Source of the DNA: Camelus ferus
Taxonomy: Eukaryota
DNA length: 64,000 bases
Reading direction: 5' to 3'
Assembly (NCBI RefSeq): GCF_009834535.1
Contig: NC_045696.1
Location: 113,090,001-113,154,000 of the forward strand
The stretch's first letter is position 1; every line of letters begins with the position of its first letter. The notes under the pieces are model-generated. The model saw only the letters and a program-made list of their open reading frames with translations. It had not been told where the DNA came from and made no database searches. This document shows positions 12,822 through 25,690 of the stretch, piece by piece. The position numbers and the translations under genes are program-made.

Positions 12822-12908
12822 TTTTTTTTTAATTATTAAAGTACAGTCAGTTTACAATGCTGTGTTAATTTTGGGTGTCCAGCATAGTGGTTCAGTTATG
12901 TGTGTGTG

Positions 12909-12947
<39 letters not shown>

Positions 12948-13054
12948 TTCTTTTCTTTTTTTAATTGATGTATAGTCAGTTTACAATGTGTCAGTTTCTG
13001 GTGTCCAGCATAGTGGTTCAGTTATACGTACATATGTATTCCTTGTCATGTTCT
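12822..13054 (-). mobile_element. Two tandem short L1 3' ends with an internal (TG)n/(TA)n microsatellite
   Basis: Two units of agtcagtttacaatg...ggtgtccagcatagtggttcagttat. Flanking TSD tggagtcctgaagtttt (12809-12825) / tggagcactgaagtttt (13055-13071). Confidence 0.85.
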
Positions 13055-13499
13055 TGGAGCACTGAAGTTTTGTGAGATCTCAGGCATCCTCCTGCAGCCC
13101 GTACACCACCTGTTCCTATCGCAGGAGCCCACAGGGGACTTCAAGGGGTTCAGAAACCTCCTGGGACTGTGTAAGTGCAATCGTGGAAGTATGCAAGAGC
13201 ATCTTCTGGAAACAAATCAAAGAAGCAGCAATCACAGAATTGCCCTCATTAGATCCCCTAGGAAGGATCAGGGACCCGCTTGCTGTCCACGTCCACGTGG
13301 CTGAAGATGTGGCCCATCAGCTCAGATACCTCCTGCCAGGCTTTACTGTGGACACCTGGGGACGGAGGGGAAACTGAGTCTAGGGCAGGGCTATCTGACA
13401 GAGGCCAGAGCTTAAGTGCCACCTGCCACCTACTTGCCTTGTTACCCTGGGACAGTGATCTGCTCATGCTACGCTTCCATTTTCTCATGTTAAGAATCG

Positions 13500-13640
13500 G
13501 CTCAAGTGGTAGAGCGCATGCTTAGCATACACAAGGTCCTGGGTTCAATCCCCAGTACCTCCTCTTAAAATAAATAATTACCTCCTCCCTGCCAAAATAA
13601 AATAATTACATAAAACAACAATAAATATTAAAAAAAAAAA
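13500..13640 (+). mobile_element. 5'-truncated tRNA-Ala-derived camelid SINE, next to or inserted in a MIR
   Basis: gctcaagtggtagagcgcatgcttagcatacacaaggtcctgggttcaatccccagtacctcc plus long A tail. TSD aagaatcggc (13492-13501) / aagaattggc (13641-13650). Confidence 0.9.
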
Positions 13641-13687
13641 AAGAATTGGCCTAAGAAAACTTCACTGCTCTGGCAGAAGTTGCTAAA

Positions 13688-13830
13688 ACAGTGCTAGTAA
13701 GACCCTGGTCTCTGAGAAGCAGGCTGGCAGCGCAGGCATGTCCTTATTAGAAATGCAAGCCCTCGGGCTCCACGTAGACGGACTGAGTCAGAATCTGGAT
13801 TTTAGCAAGATCCCTCTGTAGTCTAGATTA
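13688..13830. mobile_element. MER5A-like hAT MITE
   Basis: ttattagaaatgcaagccctcgggctccacgtagacggactgagtcagaatctggattttagcaagatccc. Confidence 0.7.
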
Positions 13831-14394
13831 ACTGGTATTTAAATTATTGTCTAAAATAAGGCTGACGGTTATGTGTCTGGAATTCCAAGTGGATTAAGTT
13901 TCCAGTCCTGGTTTTCTTCCTGGCCGCAGCCCCGCTCCTCCGACTGGTTCACCTGGAGGTGGCCGTGATCAGGAGGAATATTTTCATTTCCTAAGGCGTC
14001 GTTTAGAGAAGGAGTCACATGCACGCTGCAAACTGTGCCAGCACCGGCAACCTGTTCTAAACAAGCCCTCTCGACAAGGCCAAAGGGGGTCGGCTGAGTG
14101 AGAGAGAACTGGGGGGCACGTGGCGTGGGAGGAGCTGGGAACAGCAGCCCTTCACCGTCACAAACCCTGGGGACAGGTGTCACCAGAACGACACCTTCAA
14201 GCCAAGTATCAGATACAAACAAGCAAACAGATAAAAGGAATTTATGAGAAACATCAGCCCTCCCCTCATCCCAGAAAGCAGCAATACCATGACAAAGCTA
14301 CGGCAGAGGAGTTTCCAGGATAAACCAAGCTCCTGTAGACATTAACATTCCTGAGGTTACAGAAACTCTCCCAAATCCCCAAGCTGTCCCTGGG

Positions 14395-14398
<4 letters not shown>

Positions 14399-14436
<38 letters not shown>

Positions 14437-14785
14437 TATGTGTGTTGTGTATGGTGTGTGTGTGGTATGTGTAGAGTGTGTGTGGTGTGTGCATTTGGAG
14501 TATGTGTGTCTGTGGTGTGTGTATGTGGTCCATGTGTGTGGTGTGTGTCGTATGTGTGGTGTGTGTGTCATATGTGTGTGTGTGTTGGAGTGTGTGTGTG
14601 GTGTATATGCAGGGTGTATGTGAGGTGTGTGTATGTGTGTTGGAGTGTGTCGTGTGTGGTGTGTGTAGTGTATTGTGGTGTGTGTGTATATGTGTGTGTG
14701 TTTGGAGTGTGTGTGTGTTGGAGTGTGTGTCTGTGTTGGAGTGTGTGTGTGTGGTATGTGTAGTGTGTGTTATGCAGGGTGTGTA
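14399..14785. repeat. (TG)n-based complex low-complexity tandem repeat
   Basis: A pure (TG)n start, then ~350 bp of interrupted TG repeat with a recurrent ttggagt motif. Source of the Cys/Val ORFs in the track. Confidence 0.95.
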
Positions 14786-14944
14786 CCTCCTTTCTTCCTC
14801 CAGCCGAGTGTTCTGAGCCTCACCCCCCAGATGACCTCCCCCAGGGGGCCCTAGCTCTCGCAGGGCTGGGGAAGAATTCCAGGCTGGAGAAAACGCTGGT
14901 TTTGTATCATCAAATCTCTGTTCTCCAGCTTGCTGTCTTTTTCG

Positions 14945-15670
14945 CCCTCACCCCTAAATGCTTCAGCATGCATTTCCTGAGAACAGGGACAATCCCGGAC
15001 ATAACCACAGTATGGTTATCAAACCCAGGAAATTCAGCTTCGATATGATACTATTAGCTAATCTACATTCTGCATTCAAATTTTGTCAATTGTCCAAGAA
15101 TGTTCTGGGTAGCAATTTTTTCCCCGTCGGGATTTGTTCCACAATATCCTGTTGCATTGAGTTGTCAAGTCTCCTTCTTCTGAAACAGCTCCTCAGACTT
15201 TCTTTGTAGTTTCTTGACCTTGATGTTTTCGGAGGTTCCTGGCCAGTTCTTTTGTAGAATTGGATTTCTGATATTTCCTCTATATTAGATTCAGGCGGTG
15301 CCTTTTTTGGAAGGAAAACCGCAGTAGTGAGCTTGCATGCTTCTCAGGACACACGATGTCAGTTTGTTCCACGAGTGCTAATGTTAGTTTTGATCCCTTA
15401 AAGTGCCGTCTGTGAGGTCTTCCCCCTGCAGGGTTACTGCTTTCCTCTTTGTAATTAGTATGTTATTTCGGAGGAAGTACCTTGAAACTATAAAAAGACC
15501 ATTTTCCTCCACAGATTTTTACCCACTAGTTTTAACATCCATTGATGGTTTTCTGACTGCATTGTTCCTTCTGTGTTTATTGGCTGGCATTCTACTCTGA
15601 GAAAGAACGTTCATTTCTCTCCTATTGATGTATTCATGGATTTATTTCTGCCAGTGAGGACTTATGGAGA
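14945..15670 (-). mobile_element. Old L1 (L1MC-like) 3' region
   Basis: cacccctaaatgcttcagcatgcatttcctgagaacagggac...ataaccacagtatggttatcaaacccaggaaattc...tcaaattttgtcaattgtcc. Confidence 0.75.
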
Positions 15671-16189
15671 AACGCTTCACCCTTAGATTCTGAGCCTTCT
15701 GTGAGCTCTTCCCTTTAGAGTCACTGAGAACCAGCCAGAGCTTCCAGGCCTGGTGCTGCCTGGGGTGGGCCTGGGGATGTGGGATTGCTCAGGAAAGTCT
15801 TCACAGTCTCAGGCGATCATTCGTAATCTTGTTTCCAAACCCAAAGTTCTTATCAAACCTGCAAATTTGGCTTTCTGCACTTTTACTCACAGGTTGACAC
15901 TGAAACCCCTTCCCTGAGAGCAGAAAACCAGACGGAACACAAGTGTGGCCCCCCTCTTCTCTTGCATCCAACCTCCCTTTTCTCTCAATGGCCCAAGCGT
16001 CTGTTTCAAAGTCAGTAGTAAGTGTCTCAGCCTGAGGACTGGAGAAGGTCCCGAGGTGCTGAAAAGTTTGCCTTCCCATGATAGACCAGAAGACCCAGTG
16101 GGTAGGTCCTAGTGACTCTCTATGCCTCATGTTTTCCCAAAATAGATGAGTTTTTATGCAATTTGTGATGACGTTTGAAGTTCCTTTAA

Positions 16190-16288
16190 GATATATTTGT
16201 ATGTATACGTGTGACTGAATCGCTTTGCTGTACACCTGAAACTAACATTGTAAATTGACTACACTTCCATTAGGAAAGAAAAAGCAAA
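16190..16288 (+). mobile_element. Short L1 3' terminus
   Basis: gactgaatcgctttgctgtacacctgaaactaacattgtaaattgactacacttc plus A-rich tail. Confidence 0.85.
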
Positions 16289-18779
16289 TACAGTGAACCT
16301 TTTGGTAATTAAAAATAAAGATTCTTTATTTAGAAACCTTAACAGAGGGTAGGGCATAAGGCTGCCAAACTACAGGTCGTGTACCCATCCACAATGCTAA
16401 GGAATTGTTTTCCAAAATCTAGCAGAGTTTAGCAAGAGATTGAGGTATCTTTGTCACCAAAGTCTCAGTGTTTATAATTTGCTTTATGGACTTGCTTTTT
16501 TAGATTTTGTTTTACTTAAATTAAGGGATTAAAAAAATTTCTTAATCAGTTAGGTGGCTTGCTAGTAGCAAGGTCTTAAGAGTTTTCTTTTACCCCATGT
16601 GGAAATACCTGTCAAATAGACAAAGTCAGAGAAATGACTGATAGAACAGATTCACCTAGTTTTTTCCTCCCTGAATCTGCCGGTGAACCAGTCAGCCATC
16701 GGTGGTGAACCATCCTGACCTGCTATGACTACTAACTGAACTGTGACTCTCCTATGGTTCCAGCCTGAGACCGGCAGCCTCCTTGTACCACCTTCATTTC
16801 CTTTTCAAGTAGCTGCAGAGATTACTCTGTTGCTCACTTTTGTCTGTAGCCAGCTGGACGACACTAGTTGCTGTAGGACGGGGGAATTATGCCAAAGGGA
16901 CTCATGAGCATGGGTGACATTCACATTAAGCGTGTGGGCTTTCAGATAGGTCATCTAAGCCTTTAACATTATTTATAAGCTACAGTGTTACATGAGTCCG
17001 CAGAACCCACATGAAAAATATCTGTATTAGAGAAACAGGGATTTTTTTTAAGTTGGTCGTCCTTCATGCAAATATGTTTAGAGGGTAAGAACCCAAGTTT
17101 CACTTTTCCTTTTCTTTGCATAAAATTTCTTTGCATAAGATTCAGTAATGCACCCAATCTTCTTATTCTCCGTGTAAAGTTAGAAACTTAACTCCTAAAG
17201 TTGTCATTAAAAAAAAAGGATAAAGTTTCCAGATATCTATAAATCAGTGAATGAACAAACTAGAATTTATAAAGAAGTACATCATTACATTTTGTACAAT
17301 AGCCTTTTTCTAAAATCAATCCCTGCCTACAGTGGAAATTTGGAGGGGAAAAAAGAAAAGAATAAAAAAGATATTTAATATTCACTTTTGATTTCACTAG
17401 CCAGTGTTTGTAGCTCCTCTTAACGTTTTGGAGTGTTTCTTCCCACCCTTTTTCTATGCAAATATAATATATATGTGCTTAAAAATGGTTGAATTCGTAT
17501 TTTGTATATATATAGGTTTTCATCCCGTTTTTTTACATTTAACATTTCGTTGTGGTTATTTCTCACATTGTGATTTGTAAGTATTAGTTTTAATGACTGC
17601 ACAATTCCTTTCTAAAAGTGTTCCCTCCAGTTTGGAACTTACAGACTGCTTCTGATTTCATGCTACTAAGGCAAATACTGTGTAGATGTCTGTGCATTCA
17701 AATCTTGGTCTGCATTTTTGGTTATTTCCTTGGGAGCATCCGTGATCTCTTGGAGCTAAAGCAGAAACACAGCCTAGCTAGGCTACACGTCCCAGGAAAG
17801 AACTGATCCATCGTGATCCTTTTTTGCTAAAGGAATGACCAGTCATGTTTACATCCCTCTTTAGCCTACAACCTTATCCTCACAAAAACAGCATCACCAA
17901 ACTGGACCATGGTGTTTGGCCCAAAACATGTTTTCCTTTCTTTGGACATGGAAGATAAGCCGGGATGGCAGCTTGCCCAAAAGTGATCCAAGAACCTTTT
18001 CTAGGGGAAATTTTGTCCGATAGGACCTGAGAGAATGTTTTAAAATAAAAGTTTCATTCAGGTGAAATTTGTTCCTGTGTTAGAAAGATAAGGTTTATTC
18101 TCACATGCCTGGACTGGTTCCTTCCAACATGTTTGCTAGTTCTTTTGTAGACACACCATTTCAATGACCTGAGAAAGACTTTACACCCTGAAAGGAGAGA
18201 TAAAGGAAACTCAACACCATGAACGCCTTTATCACAGAGATGCACGGAGATGCTCACACCGTTCTTCATTGTCAATTGTAGAACCCTTTATTCCTCTTTC
18301 ACAAAGTGTCTTTGTGTTTCTCAGAATGAGCTGGCTCGCTCTCTCCCAGCTGTCGGAAATGCAAGAGAACTTCATGGAAAGCAGGAGTGTACATTGTTCC
18401 TGGTGAGGTTAGAGGTGAGCTCCCGTCACTCGGTTGCTGTCGCCATCTGCTCTAGTGCTGCAGACACTGTTACGGTGGTGGGACAGGAAGTGTCTCTCAT
18501 AGACCCTGGGAGGACCTTTTCTCTCCTGGCTCTGCGCTGGCTGATTTATCATGTGACTTTGAAAGCATTTCTTGAAGGTTTGTTTTGGATAAGATTATGA
18601 CAGCTTATAAAGATACAGGTACTATAATAAGTTAACATAAATTAGAAAAGGAAGGAAAAGAAAAAGCAAGAAGCAAAGGAAAGCAAAGATAGATACTAAT
18701 AATGATCTGGAGATTAGGTTAATATGCATATATATACCATTATACATTCAATAACTTTTTACGGAGTGCCTGATATTTG

Positions 18780-18985
18780 CCAGGGCTCTGGAACACGTTT
18801 TTCAAAGTTAGTTGCAAGACGTTAATGGCCCGTGAAATCATTTGAGTGACCATCATTTTAATTTAATAGAAAGAATCGGAGAGCATTGCACCAAGTAAAA
18901 GTATTATTTACTAAAATGTATGTTTCAAATTTATGTGTGTGTTTGTATATCGGGTGATGATATAAAATGTATTTCTTACTGACCT
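18780..18985. mobile_element. MER103-like hAT DNA transposon remnant
   Basis: tttttcaaagt...gtgaaatcatttgagt...tataaaatgtatttcttactg. Homologous to 25410-25690 and 60885-61125. Confidence 0.6.
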
Positions 18986-19479
18986 GCAGGTATGCACACA
19001 TTTAGGGCTGAGTTTTCTAGAAGCCAATGGGAAGAGAGGAAACATTATACAATTTTTACTGCTCATCTCCTATGACAGTGCACAAGAAAAAAAAAGTTTT
19101 TGCTATTCTTCACAACGAGAAAAATGAAAACATGCTAAACAACCTCTTTACATAAAACGCTAGTAATTTAAGGCTGTTTCTTTCAGCCTTCCTCCCTCCT
19201 CTGCCCCATGTAAATGATAGCATCCCCTCTACACTCTAGAAGATGTCTGAAATTCACCCTGATGGGTACCTTAGTCCTGTGACAGTTCCTTACCATGGTT
19301 GTCCATGTTTTTATGAATGCTAACTGGGAAGTATGTGATATTTCTTAAAGTTTTATAAATAAATTCATTTTTTGAGGCAAAACATACATCCATTCCATTA
19401 AAACATTCCAGTAAAACACAGACATCTGCTCCATTAAAAATGGTGGTTACTAACTAAGACGGTTGCTATGTCTACAAGT

Positions 19480-22400
19480 CATTAGTACACAGCTTGATAA
19501 AATTTTCACCAAGCATAAACAAACACTCATTTAGATCAGGAAATGAAACACTGACAGGAAAGAGATCTCCTCATGCCCCCTTCAGTGTCTCCCCCAAAAG
19601 ACTGAACTCTCCTGAGTTCTAAAACTACAGATTAATTTTGCTTCGTTTTGAACTTTATATAAAGGGCTCATGTAGAATGTACGTCTTGTGTCTGACTTAA
19701 TTTTCTCAATATTGTGTTTGTGAGACTTTTTCATCACTTTTCCATCACTGTTGACTTATATTCCATTGTATGCATATATCCATTCTACTGATGATGAATA
19801 TTTTAATTGTTTCCAGCTTTGGCTAATGATTAAAAAGTGCAGCTATGGAATTTTTGTTCAGGTCTTTGGGAGAACATGAAAACAAATTTCTGATGGATTT
19901 GAAGATGAAATTGCTGATTCCTAAATATATACATACGTGTGTGTGTGTGTGTGTGTGTGTTTGTGTGTATTCAACTTCAAGAGATACTATGAACAGTCAG
20001 TGTTTATACTCCCAGGAGCAGTATATGAGAGTTCAGTTTCTCCATATCTTCTCCAACACTAGGTGTTGGCAGTATTTTTCACATTAGCTCTCTGGGGGTG
20101 GTGTGGGTGTGTACAGCTAACTCCTTGTGTTTTTAATTTGCATCTACCTGATAAATAATGAGATTGAGCTCTTTTATATATGTTTGTTTGCACATAAATA
20201 TTCTCTCATGTGAGGTTATCCAAGTCTTTTGGACATTTTTAATTTGGTTATTGTCTTTTTCTTATTGCTTTAGAGGAGTTCTATATATATATTCTGAAAT
20301 TATTCCTTTGTCAGCCATGTATATTGCAAATATTATTTTGTACTTTTCACTCATAATGGTGAACAGAAATTCCTAATTTAACGTAATTTTTAACTTTTTC
20401 TTTATTGCTATATATTTCCTTTTTTGTTTGTTTCTTCTTTCCTTTCTTTTCTTTTTCCTTTATTGTTAGTGCTCCTTGTGTTCTGTTTAAGGAAAGCTTT
20501 GCTTACCCTAAAATCATTAACATATTCACCTACACTGCCTTTTACATTTAGACCAACTCTCCGTCTGGAATGATTTTTCTGAATCATGTGAAGTTGACCC
20601 ACCACCATTTACTCAAAATTCTACCCTTTTTCTCACTGCAAAGCAGTGTCACCTTTTATGATCAATGTATATGGGATGGTTTGTTTCTGGACTCTCTGTT
20701 GAGTTCTCTTGATCTATTTGTTTATCCTTGTATCAATGGCTTACACTATTAATTAATGTTGATTTATACTACTTTAACTGGTGGTGCAGCATCCACTCAT
20801 GTTCTTCTTCAGTGTTGCCTTAACTATTCTTGATTCATTGCTTTCCACGTAGATTTCAGAATCAGTTTACTAACTTCCACTAAAAAATACTTGTGCAATT
20901 TTGGTAGGGATTATATTGAATCTATAATAATTTGGGAAGGATTGACATCTTTACAATATTGATTCTTCCAATCTGTAATCATATATCCTTGCCTTCCACT
21001 TTATTTTTAGTAAGATTAAGTGGTTTCCTGTGTAAAGGTCTTACATACCATTTTTTAGATTTCTTTTTAAGGTATTTTATATTTTTATGCTAAAAAAGTG
21101 TTATAATTTAGTAAATTTTATTTCCTGACTGTTTATTATTGGTATATAGCATTTCAATTGAATTTTGTATGCTTATCTTATATATACAGTGACCTAGCTA
21201 AATTCACTTACTAGTTTTAATAATTTCTGTGTAGATTATTTTAGCTTTTCTCTATACAGTTATGATGTTGGGGAATAAATATGAGTTTATTTCTTTTTTT
21301 TTCAGTCTTTTTTTCTTATATCAGTGGCTAGGACCTCTGATATGGTATTAAATATAGATGGTTATAGAGGTAACCTTGAATTTTTCCTAATCTAAGAGGG
21401 AAGTTTTCAATATTCATCATATAATATTTGTTGTAGGTTTTATCAGACTGAGAAAGTTTACTTCCAATTCCAGTTTGCTAAGAATTTTTACAGTAAAGAG
21501 ATTTGAATATCAAATGTTTTTTCTGCATCCATTGAAATAATTATGTGCTTTTTTTCTCATTTTTCTGTTAGTAGGATGCTTTACATTGATTAATTTTCCA
21601 ATATTAAACCGACCCTCTATTTTTAGAATAAATCCCTCTTTCTCATAATGTGTTATCCTTTTGAAAATGTCTCAGGACTCAGTTTGTTAATACGTTGTTT
21701 AGAATTTTTCTCCTAAGTTCATAAAGGATTTTAGTTTGTAATTTTCTGTTCTTGTAATGTCTTGTTCAATTATGGGAACAAGGTGACGCTGGCCTCATAA
21801 AATTTCATGTAATGAGTTATGACATGATCCCTTTTTTCCTATATTCTGAAAGAACAATGTGAGACTGGTGTGATTCTCCCCTAAGTGTTTGATGAAACTC
21901 ACCAGTAAAGCAGTTTAGCCCTGGAGAATATTTTGTGAGGACATTTTTAAGTACAAAATCAGTTTTTTAATGGATATAGGACTAGTCACATTTGTATTAT
22001 TTTTTCCTATTTTGGTAAATATTTTTGGGTGCGTTAAACCATTTCATCAACATCTTCAAGTACGGCCATAAAGTGTTTAAAAATCCTCTTATCTTTTTAG
22101 TGTCTGTAGAATCTATAATTTCCCTTTTTCATTCCATATTTGTAACTTTTGACTCCTCTTTGCCTTTCTTGATTAATCTGGCTAGAGGCTTATAGATTTT
22201 ATTACTATTTTCCAAGAAGAAACTTTCATCTTGGGTTATTTCCTTCAACTCTGTGTTTTCTACATCATTAACTTCTAATTACTATTTTCTTCTTTCCACT
22301 TTAGTTGACTTTAATTTGATGTTATTTTTAGGACTTCTTGAGATAGATACTTAGGTGACAGATTCATTTACTTACATAAATTTCCCTCTCATCACACTTT

Positions 22401-23735
22401 TACCTGCATTTCACACCTTTTGCTATGCCACGTTTTCTTCACATTTCAGTTCATAATATTGTCTAATTTTCATTGTGCTTTGACCTTAACACATGGGGTA
22501 ATTAAAAATATATTGCTTAACTTCAAACGTTTGTGTATTTTTTGGTTACTATTTTATTATTGATTTCTAGCTTAATTCCACTGTGGTTGGAGAACATATT
22601 ATATATGATTTTTGATCTTCGAAATTTTTCCATATTTATTTGTTGCCCAGGACATGGTAAATTTTGGTGAATGGCCGGTGTGCCATCTGTATATTCTGTA
22701 GCTGTTGGCCACAATGTTCTAAATAGAGTAAGTCACATTTGTTAATCACGTTATCCAGATCTAAATACTAACTCAGTTAACTGTTCTGCTAGTTACTGAG
22801 GGAGGTTCATCAAAATCCCCCACACTGACAGTGGATGTGTTTACTTCTTTTTTTTAGTTGTAACAATGATGACTTCATGTATTTGGGAACTATGTTATTA
22901 GGTACCTTCAGATTTAGAATTGTTACGTCTTCCTATGGATTGATTCTTCTGTCATTATGAAATATCCCTTTTTACCTCTTGCAATATCTCTTATCATTAA
23001 GTTCACTGTGTCTGATATTAATATAATTTATATGTATTTTTTCCAATCCTATTATTCTTTCAAATTTGGTGTTCTTATATCCAAAATGTGTCTCATTTAA
23101 GCAACGCTTAACTGGGATTTAAAAAAAAAATGAGTGCAACTACATTAGTGTTTAGTCTACTTATATTTTATGCAATTACTATTATTATTTGGATTATAAT
23201 CTATGATATTGCTATTTGATTTTTTATTTGCCCCAACTGTTCAGTGTTTCTTTTCTTCTTCTTTGTTTCCTTATTTTGAATTAATGAAGTACTTTGCTTA
23301 ATTGCGTTTTTAGTTATATATTCTTTTACTGTCTTTTAATGCTTACCCTGAAATTAAAATTGTACCATTAATTTATTAGAATATTATACAAATTAGGATT
23401 TTGACTACTTTCCAGAAAATGCAACAGACTTAGAGCATTCTAATTCTATTTACTACTCCTACCCTTTTATTATTGCTTACATTTCAAATTTACATACACT
23501 TTAAAACTACATGACATTACAATTATTGTTTTGAACAGTTAATATTTGTTTAGACTTGCTACATATTTATCACTTCAGTTGCTCATCATTCCTTTCTGTG
23601 TTTCCAAGTTCCGGTCTGGATCTTCTTCCTTCCACCTGAAGTACAGCTCTTTAATATTCTTTTAGTGTTGATCTGCTGATGAAAATTCTCTTATCATCGC
23701 TTGTCTGAAAAGGTTTCATTTCATCTTCATTTTTA
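19480..23735 (-). mobile_element. ~4.2 kb degenerate old L1 (L1M): 3'UTR, ORF2 and end of ORF1
   Basis: T-rich antisense L1 body. Minus-strand peptide KFRRSKIIYNMFSNHSGIKLEINNK (ORF 22523-22714) matches the end of the L1 ORF2 endonuclease domain (…SDHNGIKLEIN). ORF1 C-terminal-like sequence near 23600-23730. Many stops and deletions. Confidence 0.9.
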
Positions 23736-23878
23736 AACAGCCTTATTGAGGTGTCCTTGATATAAGATTAACTAAATGTATTTAAAATACTCGACTTGGT
23801 AAATTTTGACATACATATACACTGTTGAAACAGCACCACCATCTACATAGTGGGCAGATCCGTTACCCCCAAAGTTAC
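23735..23878 (-). mobile_element. Old L1 3' terminus
   Basis: aacagccttattgaggtgtccttgatataag...aaattttgacatacatatacac...gttacccccaaagtt. Confidence 0.7.
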
Positions 23879-24019
23879 TTTATGCTCCATTTTGATTCTC
23901 CAAATGCAGAGCTTTACTTTGAGGGCCCTTGGAACAAACCCACCTTTTCCTGGGCCTTTGCACTGGGTTCAGTATAGAGCTAGGTAAATATCTTCCAATT
24001 TCCTGGGTCAGCGTAAAAA

Positions 24020-24170
24020 TAACAGTGACACTTACATCATGCTTATACATGCCAGGTTCTGTTTTAAACGCTTTACACATTTCAGTATTTAATTACTTTA
24101 ACTTAATCCTCTCACAGCTCTGTGAATTAGGTATTATTACTGTCCCCATTTTACCATTGAGGAACCTGAC
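24020..24170 (-). mobile_element. MIR SINE
   Basis: acttaatcctctcacagctctgtgaattaggtattattactgtccccattttaccattgaggaacctga. Confidence 0.8.
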
Positions 24171-25409
24171 ATGGACCCTAGAGATCCCTAAAGTGTGTCT
24201 CAGGGCGTGATCACACTTGGGCAGCCTTTGGCCTGGTGGAAATCTACCTGGAGGTTCCCCAGTGTCTCAGTAGCAAGTACAAGCACAGCTGTGTTCCTTT
24301 CAGTTCCTTTGTCTTATTTTTGTTTTGGGAAATTTGGAAAATATGGGTAAGTATACAGAATAAAATGAACATCACAATAACCTAGCCACCCAAAGATGAT
24401 GACTTTTAGCAATTAATTGTCCATCCTCTGAGCCCTTTGCCACCATGGATACCACCCCAGGAGCATCTTTGTCATTGAGGAGGCTTTGGATATAGCTATC
24501 ATCATTTATGTAAGATAAATTCTGGGAAGGAGAGATGCTGAATAAAAGAACGTGAATGATACACTCACTAATGTTTTACTAGTTGGGCGAGTAGAGGCGT
24601 GGGGAAGTGTACACAGTAACGTGGGTGAATGTCTCAAAGTCACAGGTAAGAAAGAATATTCCAGTACCAGAGTACTCACAAGAAAGCCTCCAAAGATACT
24701 CTGATAGGATGATTCTGTACCATCTGTTCATTTTATTTTTCCTTTTAGAGAGAGGGAAAAGTTTTAATTTTTTAGTAAGTAACCTTGTTTGGGTAGGTAC
24801 CATTGACTTTGGCGCTATAAAGCCTTTAAACGTTTGTTTTTCCAGTTAATTATGTTGCTCCAATTTCCAACTGTACGCACTCAGTCAAAGGAATCATTAC
24901 GAAGTTCGCTCTGGTCTGTAATCCGGACGGACATCCTCTGCTATTGCTCCTTGTGGGTAGCGGTTTCCCTGCCATGCTTTGTTTGCAGATCCCCCGGGGG
25001 TGGTTCTCTGGAGGGATGAATGCAATCTTTGTTCAAAGGGGCAGGAGAGAGAATAATCTAATTCTACCAAAGAGAGAAGACAGTAAACCGATCCTGTGTT
25101 TCCATTGCTGTTGGAAAAAGAACAGTAAGTGACAGCAGAACTGAATAGCTTGATACTTGCACGGTATAAATTACCCAGCGGAAGAGCTATGTTGAGAAGG
25201 AGACTGAGGATTTGATCTCTGCCTTTCAGTGTTCGGTCATTGTCAACCACGAAGTACAAAGGTTGGCTCAGCAAACCTTGGCTTCATCCAGGATACTAGA
25301 GAGAGAGCCAATAGATTTTTCTCTCTGCTAAATTGCTCAAGATTGGTCTTTTGTGGATATGTTTACGTTGGTGAATAAAGTCCGAGTACTTTAGCTATTT
25401 TGCTACTGG

Positions 25410-25690
25410 AGCGCTTTTCAAACTGTGGCTTGGGCCCTATTAGTGGGTAATAAAATCAATTTAGCAGGTTATTACTAACCTTTTTTTTAATGGAAGAGTA
25501 TATAAAAAAGAATAGAATACAATAGTGTTGAATGGAATGGAAAATATCCGAGTATGTCACGTGAGCGAGAATAATGTCTTATGGAATTTTGTTTTAGTTA
25601 GATACACATACACACATCTAAATATATGGACATGTGTTATGGACTAAAACAAACTTCTTATTGTGGGTCTTGGTCAAATAATTACTGCTG
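25410..25690. mobile_element. MER103-like hAT remnant
   Basis: ttttcaaactgtggcttgggccctattagtgggtaataaaatcaatttag...ttcttattgtgggtcttggtcaaa. Confidence 0.65.

Noticed and set aside
14266..14816. Cys/Val-rich and His/Thr-rich ORFs
   Set aside because: Translations of the (TG)n low-complexity repeat.
22523..22714. ORF with an L1 endonuclease-like peptide as a functional CDS
   Set aside because: Fragment of a heavily decayed L1 ORF2. Annotated as a mobile element instead.
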